Origin: Clostridia bacterium
GTDB lineage: Bacteria; Bacillota; Clostridia; UMGS1883
NCBI GenBank assembly: GCA_045656645.1
Contig: JAZORN010000103.1
Span: 18,319 to 82,318 of the forward strand
Reading direction: 5' to 3'
Length of the DNA stretch: 64,000 nucleotides
Of the stretch, positions 24,255 through 34,030 are shown one piece after another; position 1 is the first letter of the stretch; each line of letters begins with the position of its first letter. The notes beneath the pieces were generated by a model. That model made no database searches. It saw nothing but the letters and a program-made list of their open reading frames with translations, and was not told the origin of the DNA. The translations under genes were made by a program, and so were the position numbers.

Positions 24255-25568
24255 TTACTTACCTGCCTGCATCTCGCTCACTGCCTCAAGAACACTGTCA
24301 GCCATATAGCAAAGCTGTTCATCGCTGAGTCCATATAGCGGAAGATGCGTAAATCTCTTATAGAAAACTTCCTCACAGTTAGGACATAATTTTGCAATTT
24401 CTTCGGGATTATATCCCATCTCTTCAACAATTTTAAATCTGTAAAGAGGTCCGAAGTGAGCAATCTGTGTAACACCCTTTTCCTCAAGCTTTTTCTTAAG
24501 AACCTGGATGTCTCCGCCTGCTTTTTGCGGGTCAATCTGCAAAAGATACAGATGGAAAGTTGGCTTAATATCGTCATTTCCCAAATCCTGCGGAATAATT
24601 GCATCGTTTGCAGCAAATCTTTCTGTAAGATACGCTGCCGCACGTCTTCTCTCCTCAATAATTTCTTCATTACGCGAAATCTGAAGAGTAAGACCTAAGC
24701 CCTGAATTTCAGTGGTTGATGCATTACCGGGTACAAAGGGGGCGTATTTACCCTGAATAGGCGTTATATTGTAAAGCCAGTCCTTGATAGGGCAACTGAA
24801 ATCAAGTCCTAAGAAACGTGCTCTTTTCATTTCTGCTCCGAAGCCGGGAATATTTGTTGTCGCAATACCGCCCTCTCCAAAAGAGGTAATATTTTTAACC
24901 TCGTGCATAGAAAACGCTGCAAAATCACCGATTGTACCGATTTTCTTGCCTTTATACATTGCACCAAATGCGTGTGCCGCATCTTCAAGAACAAGTATAT
25001 TATGTTCTTTTGCAAGCTTCATAATGGGGTCCATATCCACGGGGTAACCGCCTATATGTACAGGAACAATCATCTTTGTCTTATCTGTAATCTTTCTTGC
25101 AACGTCAGCGGGGTCCATATTAATTGTTTTGGGGTCTACGTCTGCAAATACAAGCTTTGCCCCTACTGCAAGCGGATATGCCATTGTTGCAACAAAGGTA
25201 ATTGCAGGAACAATAACCTCGTCACCCGGCTTTAAGTTTGCATATTTATACGCAATTTCAAAGCCTGCCGTTGCATTTGTTACAAAAGTAGCTGTTGTTG
25301 TTCCAAGGTACTCATTACACTTCTTTTCGGCTTCTTCAACCTTACTGCCGAGAGAGAGCTTTCCCGGAGGTGTTGCGAGAGCATCAAGCTTTTTAACCTG
25401 CTGCCACACAGCTTCAAGAGCATCATCATACTCCTTACCCTCGCCCTGCATTAAAAACTTAATAATTTCCATTAAGTCCTGAACATTGTAGTTTTCTCCT
25501 ACTGCCGCCCACGGCACTTTTGTCGCTCCTGTGTTGTAACGAAAATCTGTTGATTTACCCATTTTCAT
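24255..25568 (-). CDS. DegT/DnrJ/EryC1/StrS-family PLP-dependent aminotransferase (437 aa), paralogue of the downstream gene.
   Basis: Contains FSMHEVKNITSFGEGGIATTN (Lys retained). Same architecture as 22959-24239. Confidence 0.85.
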   Translation of the reverse strand: MKMGKSTDFRYNTGATKVPWAAVGENYNVQDLMEIIKFLMQGEGKEYDDALEAVWQQVKKLDALATPPGKLSLGSKVEEAEKKCNEYLGTTTATFVTNATAGFEIAYKYANLKPGDEVIVPAITFVATMAYPLAVGAKLVFADVDPKTINMDPADVARKITDKTKMIVPVHIGGYPVDMDPIMKLAKEHNILVLEDAAHAFGAMYKGKKIGTIGDFAAFSMHEVKNITSFGEGGIATTNIPGFGAEMKRARFLGLDFSCPIKDWLYNITPIQGKYAPFVPGNASTTEIQGLGLTLQISRNEEIIEERRRAAAYLTERFAANDAIIPQDLGNDDIKPTFHLYLLQIDPQKAGGDIQVLKKKLEEKGVTQIAHFGPLYRFKIVEEMGYNPEEIAKLCPNCEEVFYKRFTHLPLYGLSDEQLCYMADSVLEAVSEMQAGK

Positions 25569-25593
25569 TCCTCCTGTTTTTTAATATTTATCA

Positions 25594-26217
25594 CTAAAAT
25601 TCAGGCTCATACGCCTGCTGACGCTCCTCCCAGACAATTTCCCTTACCTCTATATCCTTGATTTTCAGCTTAGTGGAATACGGCGAAAATCCCACATGCC
25701 CGCCAACAAAAGGATTCATATCTATAAGCTCCTGTATAAGAACATCATCAACAATTAAAAAGTTATGTCCGTTAATTGCACCTGTTGTAATTCTTACCTC
25801 CTCACCCGGGGTATAGTTATACAGCGGTGTCAATGAACGTGTTTCGTTTTCAGGGAAACGCTCAATACCGCTCTTCCCCTCATACCATCCGTTAAGTCCT
25901 GATATATAGGATTTTTTAAGATAATTTATATCATCGTCCCAAGTGGTATTGTAAACAGCATTAAGATCCCTTGTCGCAGGCAGAACACTTGCCATAGCAA
26001 AGCTGAACATTACGTCCTTATCAAATCTCTTTTTACTAAGAAGAATACCGCCCTTGTTTTCAGGCTCACACCCTATAAGGTATCCGTCCTGATATGACCA
26101 CGTGCCACCCTTGTCATCCCATATATCCCGCCAGTTTTCGTCAGGCTTATATGAAAGCACCACGGGTGAAGCATCTACATCTATTTTTTTGCCTAAAAGC
26201 AATATTTCTTTTTTCAT
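25594..26217 (-). CDS. Hypothetical protein, possibly ConA-like lectin/glucanase fold (DUF1961/YesU-like).
   Basis: The likely start is MKKEILLLG at 26217 (RBS AAAGGGG). The beta-rich composition and the W/Y/G pattern are reminiscent of YesU-type proteins. This assignment is from memory only. Confidence 0.45.
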   Translation of the reverse strand: MKKEILLLGKKIDVDASPVVLSYKPDENWRDIWDDKGGTWSYQDGYLIGCEPENKGGILLSKKRFDKDVMFSFAMASVLPATRDLNAVYNTTWDDDINYLKKSYISGLNGWYEGKSGIERFPENETRSLTPLYNYTPGEEVRITTGAINGHNFLIVDDVLIQELIDMNPFVGGHVGFSPYSTKLKIKDIEVREIVWEERQQAYEPEF

Positions 26218-26368
26218 TTTATCGCCCCTTTTTTCTAATATTATTTTATCAAATACGTGTTTTTTTAAAAAGATACTTTTTTCCTTGTTTTTTGAATTAT
26301 ATTCCCCGAAACAGAAAATTATTGACAAAAACGCACACTGTGCTATACTAAAAACGGGAGTGGTATAT

Positions 26369-27193
26369 ATGGTTATAAGCTATGATATTGATAAAATAAA
26401 TGCCGCACTTGAAGATTTTTACAAGGCGACGGATATTAATATGAATTTACTCAAAGCAGACTTTTCCTTTGTTGGCGGCCGCTCGCACAGAGAAAATAAC
26501 CGCTACTGCGAGGCTATCCAGAATACCCCGAAAGGGAAAAAGGAATGTCGGTTTTCTGATATAAGACTGCTTGAAAAATGCAGAGAAACCAAAAAGCCTC
26601 AGATGCATATATGCCCCGCAGGACTTATTGACGCCGCTGCCCCCATTTTTTATAACGATGTAATTATCGGTTATATCATATTTGGCGAAATGAAGGCAGA
26701 CATCCCATTTTCCGATTATAAAGAATATCTGTCATCACTTGGTCTTGATACCGAAGAAATGGAGAAAAATTACAATGCCATTTTCGCCTTTAATTCTGAA
26801 AAAATACAAAGTGTATCAAATATTGCGAGTATGCTTGCAAAGCATCTTTTGCTTGAAAATATGCTCAAACCCGACTTTGATGAAAATATGCAGAAGGCAG
26901 TTGCCTTTATCAATGAAAATCTGTGCAATGACTTAAGCATCCGTAATATATCAAAAAATATAAACGTATCAAAAAGCGTGCTGTATAAACGCTTTCACGC
27001 CTGTTTTAACTGTACGGTCAGCGAATATATCAACACACGGCGTGTTGAAAAATCAATTGAGCTTTTGATGCGAACTGACCTTTCAATTGAGGAGATTTCT
27101 CAAAAGGTTGGGTTTTCAAGCGCATCATATTACAGTAAAATTTTTAAAAAAGAAAAAGGGATTTCTCCCCTTAATTACAAAAAGAGGCTGTGA
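26369..27193 (+). CDS. AraC-family transcriptional regulator with an N-terminal PocR-type sensory domain.
   Basis: The start is ATG at 26369 (RBS GGGAG). The N-terminus (…CEAIQNTPKGKKECRFSD…HICPAGLIDAAAPI…) is PocR-like. The C-terminus has tandem HTH_AraC motifs (…SVLYKRFHACFNCTVSEYIN…IEEISQKVGFSSASYYSKIFKK…). It is divergent from the aminotransferase operon. Confidence 0.8.
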   Translation: MVISYDIDKINAALEDFYKATDINMNLLKADFSFVGGRSHRENNRYCEAIQNTPKGKKECRFSDIRLLEKCRETKKPQMHICPAGLIDAAAPIFYNDVIIGYIIFGEMKADIPFSDYKEYLSSLGLDTEEMEKNYNAIFAFNSEKIQSVSNIASMLAKHLLLENMLKPDFDENMQKAVAFINENLCNDLSIRNISKNINVSKSVLYKRFHACFNCTVSEYINTRRVEKSIELLMRTDLSIEEISQKVGFSSASYYSKIFKKEKGISPLNYKKRL

Positions 27194-27217
27194 CAAAACT
27201 CACAGCCTCTTTTGGCA

Positions 27218-28585
27218 TTATTTAAAGTAATTTATAATCCCGATAACAAATATTCCCAGCACAAGCACGGGAAGAACATATGTGTAATAAAAGCGCATCC
27301 ATTTTGCGATTTTAAGACCTTTTCCGCAGTTTGCTTCTTCCACGAATTTATCCCAACCAAATCCGTGCTTTGACATAGCAAATATAATAAACACGATTGA
27401 GCCAAGAGGAAGAAGGAGGTTTGACACAATAAAGTCCTCCAGGTCCATAATGGTTGTTCCCTCTCCAAGAGGTTGTATCCCGCTTAAAATGTTAAAGCCG
27501 AGTGCGCACGGAAGTGAAAGCACAAGCAGGATTACTGCATTTATAACGCAGGCTTTTTTGCGGCTTATATTAAATAAATCAAGCGTACACGAAATTATAT
27601 TTTCAAACACTGCAAAAACTGTTGAAAGTGCCGCAAATGTCATAAATATAAAGAACAAGGTTCCCCACAATCTTCCTAAGGGGAGATTATTAAATATATT
27701 CGGCAGGGTTACAAAGAGCAGCTTTGGCCCGCTGTTTACGCTGACACCATATGAAAAGCACGCAGGGAAAATAATAAGACCTGACGAAATTGCCACAAAG
27801 GTATCTAAAAGCGCGACATTGACAGATTCTCCTAAAAGCGAGCGTTCTCTTCCTATATAGCTACCAAAAATCGCCATAGAACCTATTCCTATGCTGAGAG
27901 TAAAAAATGCCTGATTCATTGCGGCAATAATTACGTTTATTATGCCATGCTCCAGAAGCTTATTAATATCGGGCATAAGATAGAATTTAAGTCCTTCCCC
28001 GCTTCCCGGAAGAAAAATACTGTTGAGTGAAAGCACCACCATAATTCCCAGAAGGGCAATCATCATAAGCTTTGTTATTTTTTCAAGACCGTTTTGTACG
28101 CCCATACCGCAAACAAGGAAACCTGTTACAACCGTAATTGCCATATAGACCGTCATACTGACGGGGTCCGCGCATACGCTGTCAAAAGCCGCACCTATCT
28201 CTTCGGGGGAAAGCCCTGCAAATGTGCCACGTGCCGTCATAACAAAATATTTAATCATCCACCCTGCCACAACTGTATAAAACATCATCAGAAGATAGTT
28301 TGCCGCCATAGCCACGTACCCGTGTATATGCCACTTTTGTCCGGGCTTTTCAAGCTCCTGATAAAGCTTAACAGGACTTTTATGTGCTGCACGTCCGAGT
28401 GTAAATTCCACACTGAGTGCAGGAACACCCATAACAAGTAAGCAGATAAGATATATTAAAACAAATATGCCTCCGCCGTATTGCCCTACCATATAGGGGA
28501 ATTTCCATACATTACCTATTCCAATTGCACAACCTGCACTTATGAGTATAAATCCAAGTCTGCTTTTAAGCTTTTCTCTGCCCAT
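27218..28585 (-). CDS. Sodium-dependent neurotransmitter:sodium symporter (NSS/SNF) family transporter.
   Basis: Contains GFILISAGCAIGIGNVWKFPY and is polytopic. Confidence 0.9.
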   Translation of the reverse strand: MGREKLKSRLGFILISAGCAIGIGNVWKFPYMVGQYGGGIFVLIYLICLLVMGVPALSVEFTLGRAAHKSPVKLYQELEKPGQKWHIHGYVAMAANYLLMMFYTVVAGWMIKYFVMTARGTFAGLSPEEIGAAFDSVCADPVSMTVYMAITVVTGFLVCGMGVQNGLEKITKLMMIALLGIMVVLSLNSIFLPGSGEGLKFYLMPDINKLLEHGIINVIIAAMNQAFFTLSIGIGSMAIFGSYIGRERSLLGESVNVALLDTFVAISSGLIIFPACFSYGVSVNSGPKLLFVTLPNIFNNLPLGRLWGTLFFIFMTFAALSTVFAVFENIISCTLDLFNISRKKACVINAVILLVLSLPCALGFNILSGIQPLGEGTTIMDLEDFIVSNLLLPLGSIVFIIFAMSKHGFGWDKFVEEANCGKGLKIAKWMRFYYTYVLPVLVLGIFVIGIINYFK

Positions 28586-28710
28586 ATATGTAACCTCCGT
28601 TAATTTATATAGCCGAAAAATACCGAAATTTCGTCATTTCAGGCATGTTCAGATTTTTCTCTTTCGGCGATCTGCTATATTTTACCACACAACAGAATTT
28701 TTGTAAATAG

Positions 28711-28741
28711 GGGATGTAAAAATAGGCTTTTTACATCCCCA
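28711..28741 (-). terminator. Hairpin terminator.
   Basis: GGGGATGTAAAAA-taggc-TTTTTACATCCCC. Confidence 0.7.
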
Positions 28742-28746
28742 TATCA

Positions 28747-29181
28747 TCAAAGATAACAGCGTATATCTACCGCGAGCTTTTCCTCAAGGTTTATAAGGCG
28801 TTTTGTAATATCCTTTGAAACCTCATCTGCTGCTTCGTATTTGTTAAGATATTTGTTAAGGGATTTTACACCCATATTGCATCCATCGGTCATAAGGTCT
28901 GCTATTGTGGCATCAGTTTCGTTCATTGCGAGCTTCATATTTGTTTTCATCCAGCTCATTCCCTTTGCAATTGCTGCTGGCTCTTTTCCGTCATCATTAA
29001 ATTTATCAAGAATTTCCTGAAGCTCACGGTCTAATTTTTCGTGTTCTTCCTTGCAGTCAGTAAGAATTTTTTCAAGACGATCACTTGTAACAGAGCCTAA
29101 AACATCTTCTATCGAAGACACACCCATTTTAACACCTGCATCACATTCCCTAAGAAGTTTTATTGTATCCTGTTCAATCAT
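28747..29181 (-). CDS. Hypothetical all-helical protein (~144 aa).
   Basis: ORF in the track. The likely start is MIEQDTIK at 29181 (RBS AAAGGAAG). The heptad-rich sequence suggests a four-helix bundle. I am not confident of any family assignment. Confidence 0.5.
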   Translation of the reverse strand: MIEQDTIKLLRECDAGVKMGVSSIEDVLGSVTSDRLEKILTDCKEEHEKLDRELQEILDKFNDDGKEPAAIAKGMSWMKTNMKLAMNETDATIADLMTDGCNMGVKSLNKYLNKYEAADEVSKDITKRLINLEEKLAVDIRCYL

Positions 29182-29282
29182 TGTTTTTCTTCCTTTCTTT
29201 CTCAGATACAATAATTATTCCCTTTAAATGTACGATAATTCAAAAAAGCAGTTGTAAAAAATTTACAACTGCTTTTTGCCAA

Positions 29283-31214
29283 CTATTTTTTTGCTGTCAT
29301 CTTTTGCATAACAATCATAATTGCCACAAGGCTTATTCCGATTGTATCAGTAACAGCACCCGGATATATCAGTAAAAGTCCGCCTACAAGGCTCAAAATC
29401 CGCTGATACCATGTCATATTTTTAAACAAATATCCCTCAAGCGATGCCGATACTGCAAAAATACCTATCAGTGAGGTTATGCTTATCAGAATAACCTCCC
29501 ACGCTGTGGTGTCAATGAAAAGCATTGCGGGATTAAGTGCAAACACATACGGCACGATAAATGCACCGATTGCAAGCTTCGTCGCAGTAAATGCCGTTTT
29601 CATCGGATTTGCCTGCGCAATCGCCGCACCTGCATATGCCGCCAGTGCCACGGGCGGAGTGAGGTCTGCCACTATACCAAAATAGAATACAAAGAAATGT
29701 GCCGCAATATTCGGAACGCCCATACGCACTAAAATAGGTGCACAGGTTGCCGCCATAATGCAGTAATTTGCTGTCGTAGGAACACCCATTCCCAGAACGA
29801 TGCAGCACAGCATTGTTAAAAACAGTGCAACTATAACCTGACTTCCTGCCAGTGCCACAATACCGTTAATCATTATGTTGGCAAGTCCCGTCATTGTTAT
29901 TGTTCCTGCAATTATACCTGCAACACCGCAGGCCGCTGCAACGGTTATCGTTCCCTGACCGCCCGCTACAAGAGCCTCCCATATTCTTTTGGGAGTTATA
30001 CGGTTTTCCTTGTTAAATATACTTACAACAATAGCCGCAACAATGGCAATTGCCGCCGCATACTGAATAGAACGTGTGCTTGTTCCCACAAGGTAAATAA
30101 GTATTATAAGCGGAAGCAAAAGATATGTCTGCTTAACAAGAGGTAAAAACCTTGGAAGCTCTTCCTTTGTAAGACCTCTTAATCCTTCCTTCTTCGCCTC
30201 AAGATGCACTGTGATGAAAATACCTGCAAAATAGAGCATTGCGGGCAGTATCGCACGCACTACTATATTACTGTACGGCACACCTACATAGTCTGCCATC
30301 AGGAATGCGGCTGCACCCATAATCGGCGGCATAATCTGACCGCCCGTAGATGCAGATGCCTCTGCCGCAGCAGCAAATTCGCCCTTATAGCCTGTTTTTT
30401 TCATAAGCGGAATTGTAACTGAGCCTGAGCCAACCGTGTTTGCCACAGAAGAGCCTGAAACCATACCCTCAAGCGCACTTGCAACAACAGCAACCTTTGC
30501 AGGACCGCCTGAAAACCCACCGACAACGGCGTTTGAAATTTTTATAAAGAAATCGGCAATACCCGTACGTTCTAAAAACGCACCGAAAATAATAAACACC
30601 ACTATAAATTTGGAGCAAACATTGATAGGTGTGGACAAAACACCCTCTTTTCCGTAGAAAAGATAGTGAATAATATAATTAAGCTTGCCCCAGAGGGTTG
30701 GGTTTGATAATCCCCAGATAAGAGCATAAACGACAAAGCAGGATGCTACAATAACGATCGGAAGTCCTACACTTCTTCTGCACACCTCTGCCAGTGATAT
30801 TATTCCTGCAACACCTATTATAATCTGATACCACTCAAAGTTACTGCCTTGCTGAATAATTGTCATAGCGTTTGCCGTATAGTATAAAAACGCGCCACTG
30901 CCGCAAATCATCAGCAATATATCATACCACGGTATATAATTAACCTTCTGAAGTCCTTTTCGTGCAGGATACATAAGATATCCTATAAAAATAATAAATG
31001 CTACAAACGACGTAAGACGGATTTCCTCAAGCCAGCTTGTAAAAAGTGTTACGTAAATACAAAACAAAGAAAACGCCGCTAATATGCAGTTTACCGCAAT
31101 CTTTGCCTTTCCTTCCCAAATCCTGACATTTGACTCACGGTCAAACTTCTGCATAACTGCCTGAAGGTCCATAGCCTCAGCCTCGACAGGATTTTTTCTT
31201 TTACCTGAAAACAT
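29283..31214 (-). CDS. TRAP transporter fused permease (TAXI-type, DctQM-like).
   Basis: Large polytopic protein directly downstream of a TAXI solute receptor gene. The likely start is MFSGKRK at 31214 (RBS AGGAGG). Confidence 0.88.
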   Translation of the reverse strand: MFSGKRKNPVEAEAMDLQAVMQKFDRESNVRIWEGKAKIAVNCILAAFSLFCIYVTLFTSWLEEIRLTSFVAFIIFIGYLMYPARKGLQKVNYIPWYDILLMICGSGAFLYYTANAMTIIQQGSNFEWYQIIIGVAGIISLAEVCRRSVGLPIVIVASCFVVYALIWGLSNPTLWGKLNYIIHYLFYGKEGVLSTPINVCSKFIVVFIIFGAFLERTGIADFFIKISNAVVGGFSGGPAKVAVVASALEGMVSGSSVANTVGSGSVTIPLMKKTGYKGEFAAAAEASASTGGQIMPPIMGAAAFLMADYVGVPYSNIVVRAILPAMLYFAGIFITVHLEAKKEGLRGLTKEELPRFLPLVKQTYLLLPLIILIYLVGTSTRSIQYAAAIAIVAAIVVSIFNKENRITPKRIWEALVAGGQGTITVAAACGVAGIIAGTITMTGLANIMINGIVALAGSQVIVALFLTMLCCIVLGMGVPTTANYCIMAATCAPILVRMGVPNIAAHFFVFYFGIVADLTPPVALAAYAGAAIAQANPMKTAFTATKLAIGAFIVPYVFALNPAMLFIDTTAWEVILISITSLIGIFAVSASLEGYLFKNMTWYQRILSLVGGLLLIYPGAVTDTIGISLVAIMIVMQKMTAKK

Positions 31215-31284
31215 TATAATCCTCCTATGGGTAGCCGCTGAAAAAAGGCTGCGGCAAAGATTGTCGCAGCCTTTTTTATTAATA

Positions 31285-32244
31285 TCAGTCAACTGCTACT
31301 GTAATACCCTTTTCCTCAAAATATTTTGCAGCACCCTTATGGAAAGGAACTGTCATACCGCTTGTTGCGTTTTCAAGGCTAAGCTCTGCGCCCTTTGCAT
31401 TTTCTGCAGCAATAGCTTCTGCATTATCAAAGATAGCTGCTGTAAGCTTATAAACATCCTCCTCTGTTGCATCACTGCTTACAATCAGAGTTGCCTTAAC
31501 TGTAACTGTCTTAACTGTTTCTTTCTGTCCTGCATATGTGTTTGCAGGAACTTCATATACCGTATAGAAGGGGCAAGCTGCCATAATCTTTTCTGCAATC
31601 TCACCGTCAATGGGAACAAGATATGCACTGTTTGTTGTGCAAAGCTCCGTAATTGCAGGAGTAGGTGCACCTGCAACGATAAATGCCGCATCAATCTTTC
31701 CGTCCTTTAAGGCATCTGCACTGTCAGCAAATGACTGGTACTGAGCCTTAATATCCTTTTCTGTAAGACCTGCTGCTGTTAAAACATCAATTGCATTGAA
31801 ATAAACGCCTGAACCGGGAGCACCGATAGAAACCGACTTACCCTTAAGGTCATAAACACTCTTGATATCAGGATTCATTGTTACAAGCTGCAGCGCCTCT
31901 GCATAAAGACCTGCAACAGTGCGGAAAGAATCAACCTTACCCTCCTGCTCGAAAGCACGTGTTCCTTCCCATGCATATGACATAACATCAGACTGAACTG
32001 TACCGAGCTGATAGTTGCCTGATGCAATACCCTGAATGTTTGCCTTTGAACCGTCTGTAGAAACTACAGTAACATTAACATTTGCATTGTTAGTAATATA
32101 CTGACCGAGGACACCGCCGTAGCCGTAGTATGTACCTGCTGTTCCGCCTGTACCCATTGTCATCTTTGTTCCTGCTGTGCCGGAGCACGCTGTGAGTGCA
32201 AGCACAAGAGAAAGTGCAAGCACAATTGACATAATCTTTTTCAT
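31285..32244 (-). CDS. TAXI-family TRAP transporter solute-binding lipoprotein.
   Basis: Lipobox LALTAC, followed by MGTGGTAGTYYGYGGVL, typical of the TAXI family. Confidence 0.9.
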   Translation of the reverse strand: MKKIMSIVLALSLVLALTACSGTAGTKMTMGTGGTAGTYYGYGGVLGQYITNNANVNVTVVSTDGSKANIQGIASGNYQLGTVQSDVMSYAWEGTRAFEQEGKVDSFRTVAGLYAEALQLVTMNPDIKSVYDLKGKSVSIGAPGSGVYFNAIDVLTAAGLTEKDIKAQYQSFADSADALKDGKIDAAFIVAGAPTPAITELCTTNSAYLVPIDGEIAEKIMAACPFYTVYEVPANTYAGQKETVKTVTVKATLIVSSDATEEDVYKLTAAIFDNAEAIAAENAKGAELSLENATSGMTVPFHKGAAKYFEEKGITVAVD

Positions 32245-32380
32245 TATTTTTCCTCCTTAAAATAATATCCTGATTATATTATACACCATTTTTCAAATTT
32301 TTTCAAGTAATAATTTTCTTTACGTTTTTTGTCCTCACATCTCTACTTCTTTCAAATATAATGAATAGTGGAGGTGCTGT

Positions 32381-33184
32381 ATGGATAATGTTGTTTTAAT
32401 GGCACTGATTGCAACACTCGGCACCTGGTTTGTAACTGCTCTGGGTGCTGCAACAGTTGCCTTTTTTAAATCTCCTAATCCTAAAATATTGAATTTAATG
32501 CTGGGATTTGCATCAGGAGTTATGATTGCCGCAAGCTTCTGGTCACTTCTTCAGCCTGCTATAGAACGAGCCGAGGCGGAGTGTTCTCTCCCTGCATATT
32601 TTGTTGCAACAACAGGTTTTTTATTCGGTGCAATATTTATGTGGGCATCTGACAAGGCTGTGAGTTTCGCCAGAAAAAGAACGCAAAACCTGAGCGGCAA
32701 ATCCAGCGAGCGGCTCAATCGCATAATTATGCTCATACTTTCAATAACTCTTCATAACATACCCGAAGGATTAGCCGTCGGCGTTGCGTTTGGAGCACTG
32801 ACAAATGTAGGTATAAGCAGCGAAACCCTTATGGGCGCTATAACCATTGCAATTGGCATAGGGCTGCAGAATTTCCCCGAGGGGGCGGCAGTTTCTCTTC
32901 CTCTGCGCAGAGAAGGCTACAGCAGAAGAAAGAGCTTTTTATACGGTCAGGCATCAGGAATGGTCGAACCGATAGCAGGTGTAACGGGCGCAATGCTTGT
33001 AGTATATGTAGAAAAGATTTTACCCTATGCCCTTTCTTTTGCAGCAGGTGCAATGATACTCGTTGCCGTTCACGAGCTTATTCCCGAATGTCAGAAAGGG
33101 CGGAAAACTCATCCGTATTTTTCTACAATGGGAATTATATCAGGTTTTGCCGTAATGATGCTGCTTGATGTAATGCTTGGGTGA
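32381..33184 (+). CDS. ZIP-family divalent metal (zinc) transporter.
   Basis: Contains HNIPEGLAVG and LQNFPEGAAV motifs, with 8 predicted TM segments. Confidence 0.9.
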   Translation: MDNVVLMALIATLGTWFVTALGAATVAFFKSPNPKILNLMLGFASGVMIAASFWSLLQPAIERAEAECSLPAYFVATTGFLFGAIFMWASDKAVSFARKRTQNLSGKSSERLNRIIMLILSITLHNIPEGLAVGVAFGALTNVGISSETLMGAITIAIGIGLQNFPEGAAVSLPLRREGYSRRKSFLYGQASGMVEPIAGVTGAMLVVYVEKILPYALSFAAGAMILVAVHELIPECQKGRKTHPYFSTMGIISGFAVMMLLDVMLG

Positions 33185-33185
33185 C

Positions 33186-33216
33186 AATAAAAAGGATGCA
33201 GACTTATTCTGCATCC
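33186..33216 (-). terminator. Hairpin terminator of the small ORF.
   Basis: GGATGCAGA-cttat-TCTGCATCC, followed by TTTTTATT on the minus strand. Confidence 0.6.
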
Positions 33217-33332
33217 TCTCCTCCGGGGCCGTCCCTGCGAACTTCTTTATCATTAGGACGGTCTAAACCGGTAGAAACCCACCTGTTATCTGTGGCGGTC
33301 TTCTCTTTCTCATTTTCTTTCTTGTTTTCCAT
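33204..33332 (-). CDS. Candidate small hydrophilic protein (42 aa), below the ORF-track cutoff.
   Basis: ATG at 33332 is preceded by GAAAGGAATGG. Translation: MENKKENEKEKTATDNRWVSTGLDRPNDKEVRRDGPGGEDAE*. A terminator follows immediately. It shares the ftsW-type family-D leader. Confidence 0.4.
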   Translation of the reverse strand: MENKKENEKEKTATDNRWVSTGLDRPNDKEVRRDGPGGEDAE

Positions 33333-33461
33333 AAATATAACCATTCCTTTCATTGCGTTCAAGGCAAAAACAGTATACTATAAATTCAAAATGCAAAGCA
33401 TTTTGCTCCATACCTCTTCACTTTTCTCTTTTACCTCTTCCCTGTCTGAATTTATTCAGAC
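33333..33461 (-). repeat. Family-D conserved leader, copy D2.
   Basis: See 14696-14823. The distal hairpin GTCTGA…TCAGAC differs from GCCTGA…TCAGGC in D1 by a compensatory base-pair change. Confidence 0.7.
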
Positions 33462-33499
33462 TTTTCACCCCACAGATAGTATTGTCCTTTATTTAGTTT

Positions 33500-33982
33500 T
33501 TATTCTTTCCTTACACCGTCAATATGGATAAAACGTGCCCTCTGATAATTGTACGAGGATAGCGGCTTATTTATCACATCACGGCTGTGTGCCGCAACTA
33601 AAATCCTCGGTTTTACAGAAATAATAACGGGCGAATGGTAAAAATCACCGTTTCTGTTTCCGAGCTGCACAATATCACCCGGCAAGACCTCCCGTCTGTT
33701 TACTTCCCTTCCGAAAGGTCCTACAGACTGATTATTTACAAGAAAATCATAGAGAAACTCTACCCCTGTCCACGACGGTGTTCTGTCTGAAGAGGACAGA
33801 TAATACCACCCGAAAACCGGTGTAAAATTCATTACCCCCGCACCTGCGTAAATGCACTGCGAGGCAAAATTGGTGCAATCACCGCCTATATTTTGAAAAT
33901 CATAATAAAGCGGATTTCTGCTAAGTGCCCATTTTTTAGCGTAGTCTACTGCAGCATCTCTGTCGTAAGGTATTTCCCTCAT
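33500..33982 (-). CDS. Putative amidase-domain protein (Amidase_6-like).
   Basis: Contains YDRDAAVDYAKKWA…GGDCTNFASQCIYAG. The likely start is MREIPY at 33982 (RBS AGAGGGGG). Confidence 0.7.
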   Translation of the reverse strand: MREIPYDRDAAVDYAKKWALSRNPLYYDFQNIGGDCTNFASQCIYAGAGVMNFTPVFGWYYLSSSDRTPSWTGVEFLYDFLVNNQSVGPFGREVNRREVLPGDIVQLGNRNGDFYHSPVIISVKPRILVAAHSRDVINKPLSSYNYQRARFIHIDGVRKE

Positions 33983-34030
33983 ATATAACACCCCCTCTGT
34001 TAATTTATGTAACATAGGGGGTGATTGTTC

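Noticed and set aside
28586-28710. Leader of the NSS transporter gene, with three alternative GCCGAAA/TTTCGG pairings, considered as a riboswitch or T-box.
   Set aside because: - I could see no conserved riboswitch core, specifier loop or T-box.
- It is only about 85 nt long.
- It could be a simple attenuator, but the sequence alone is insufficient evidence.
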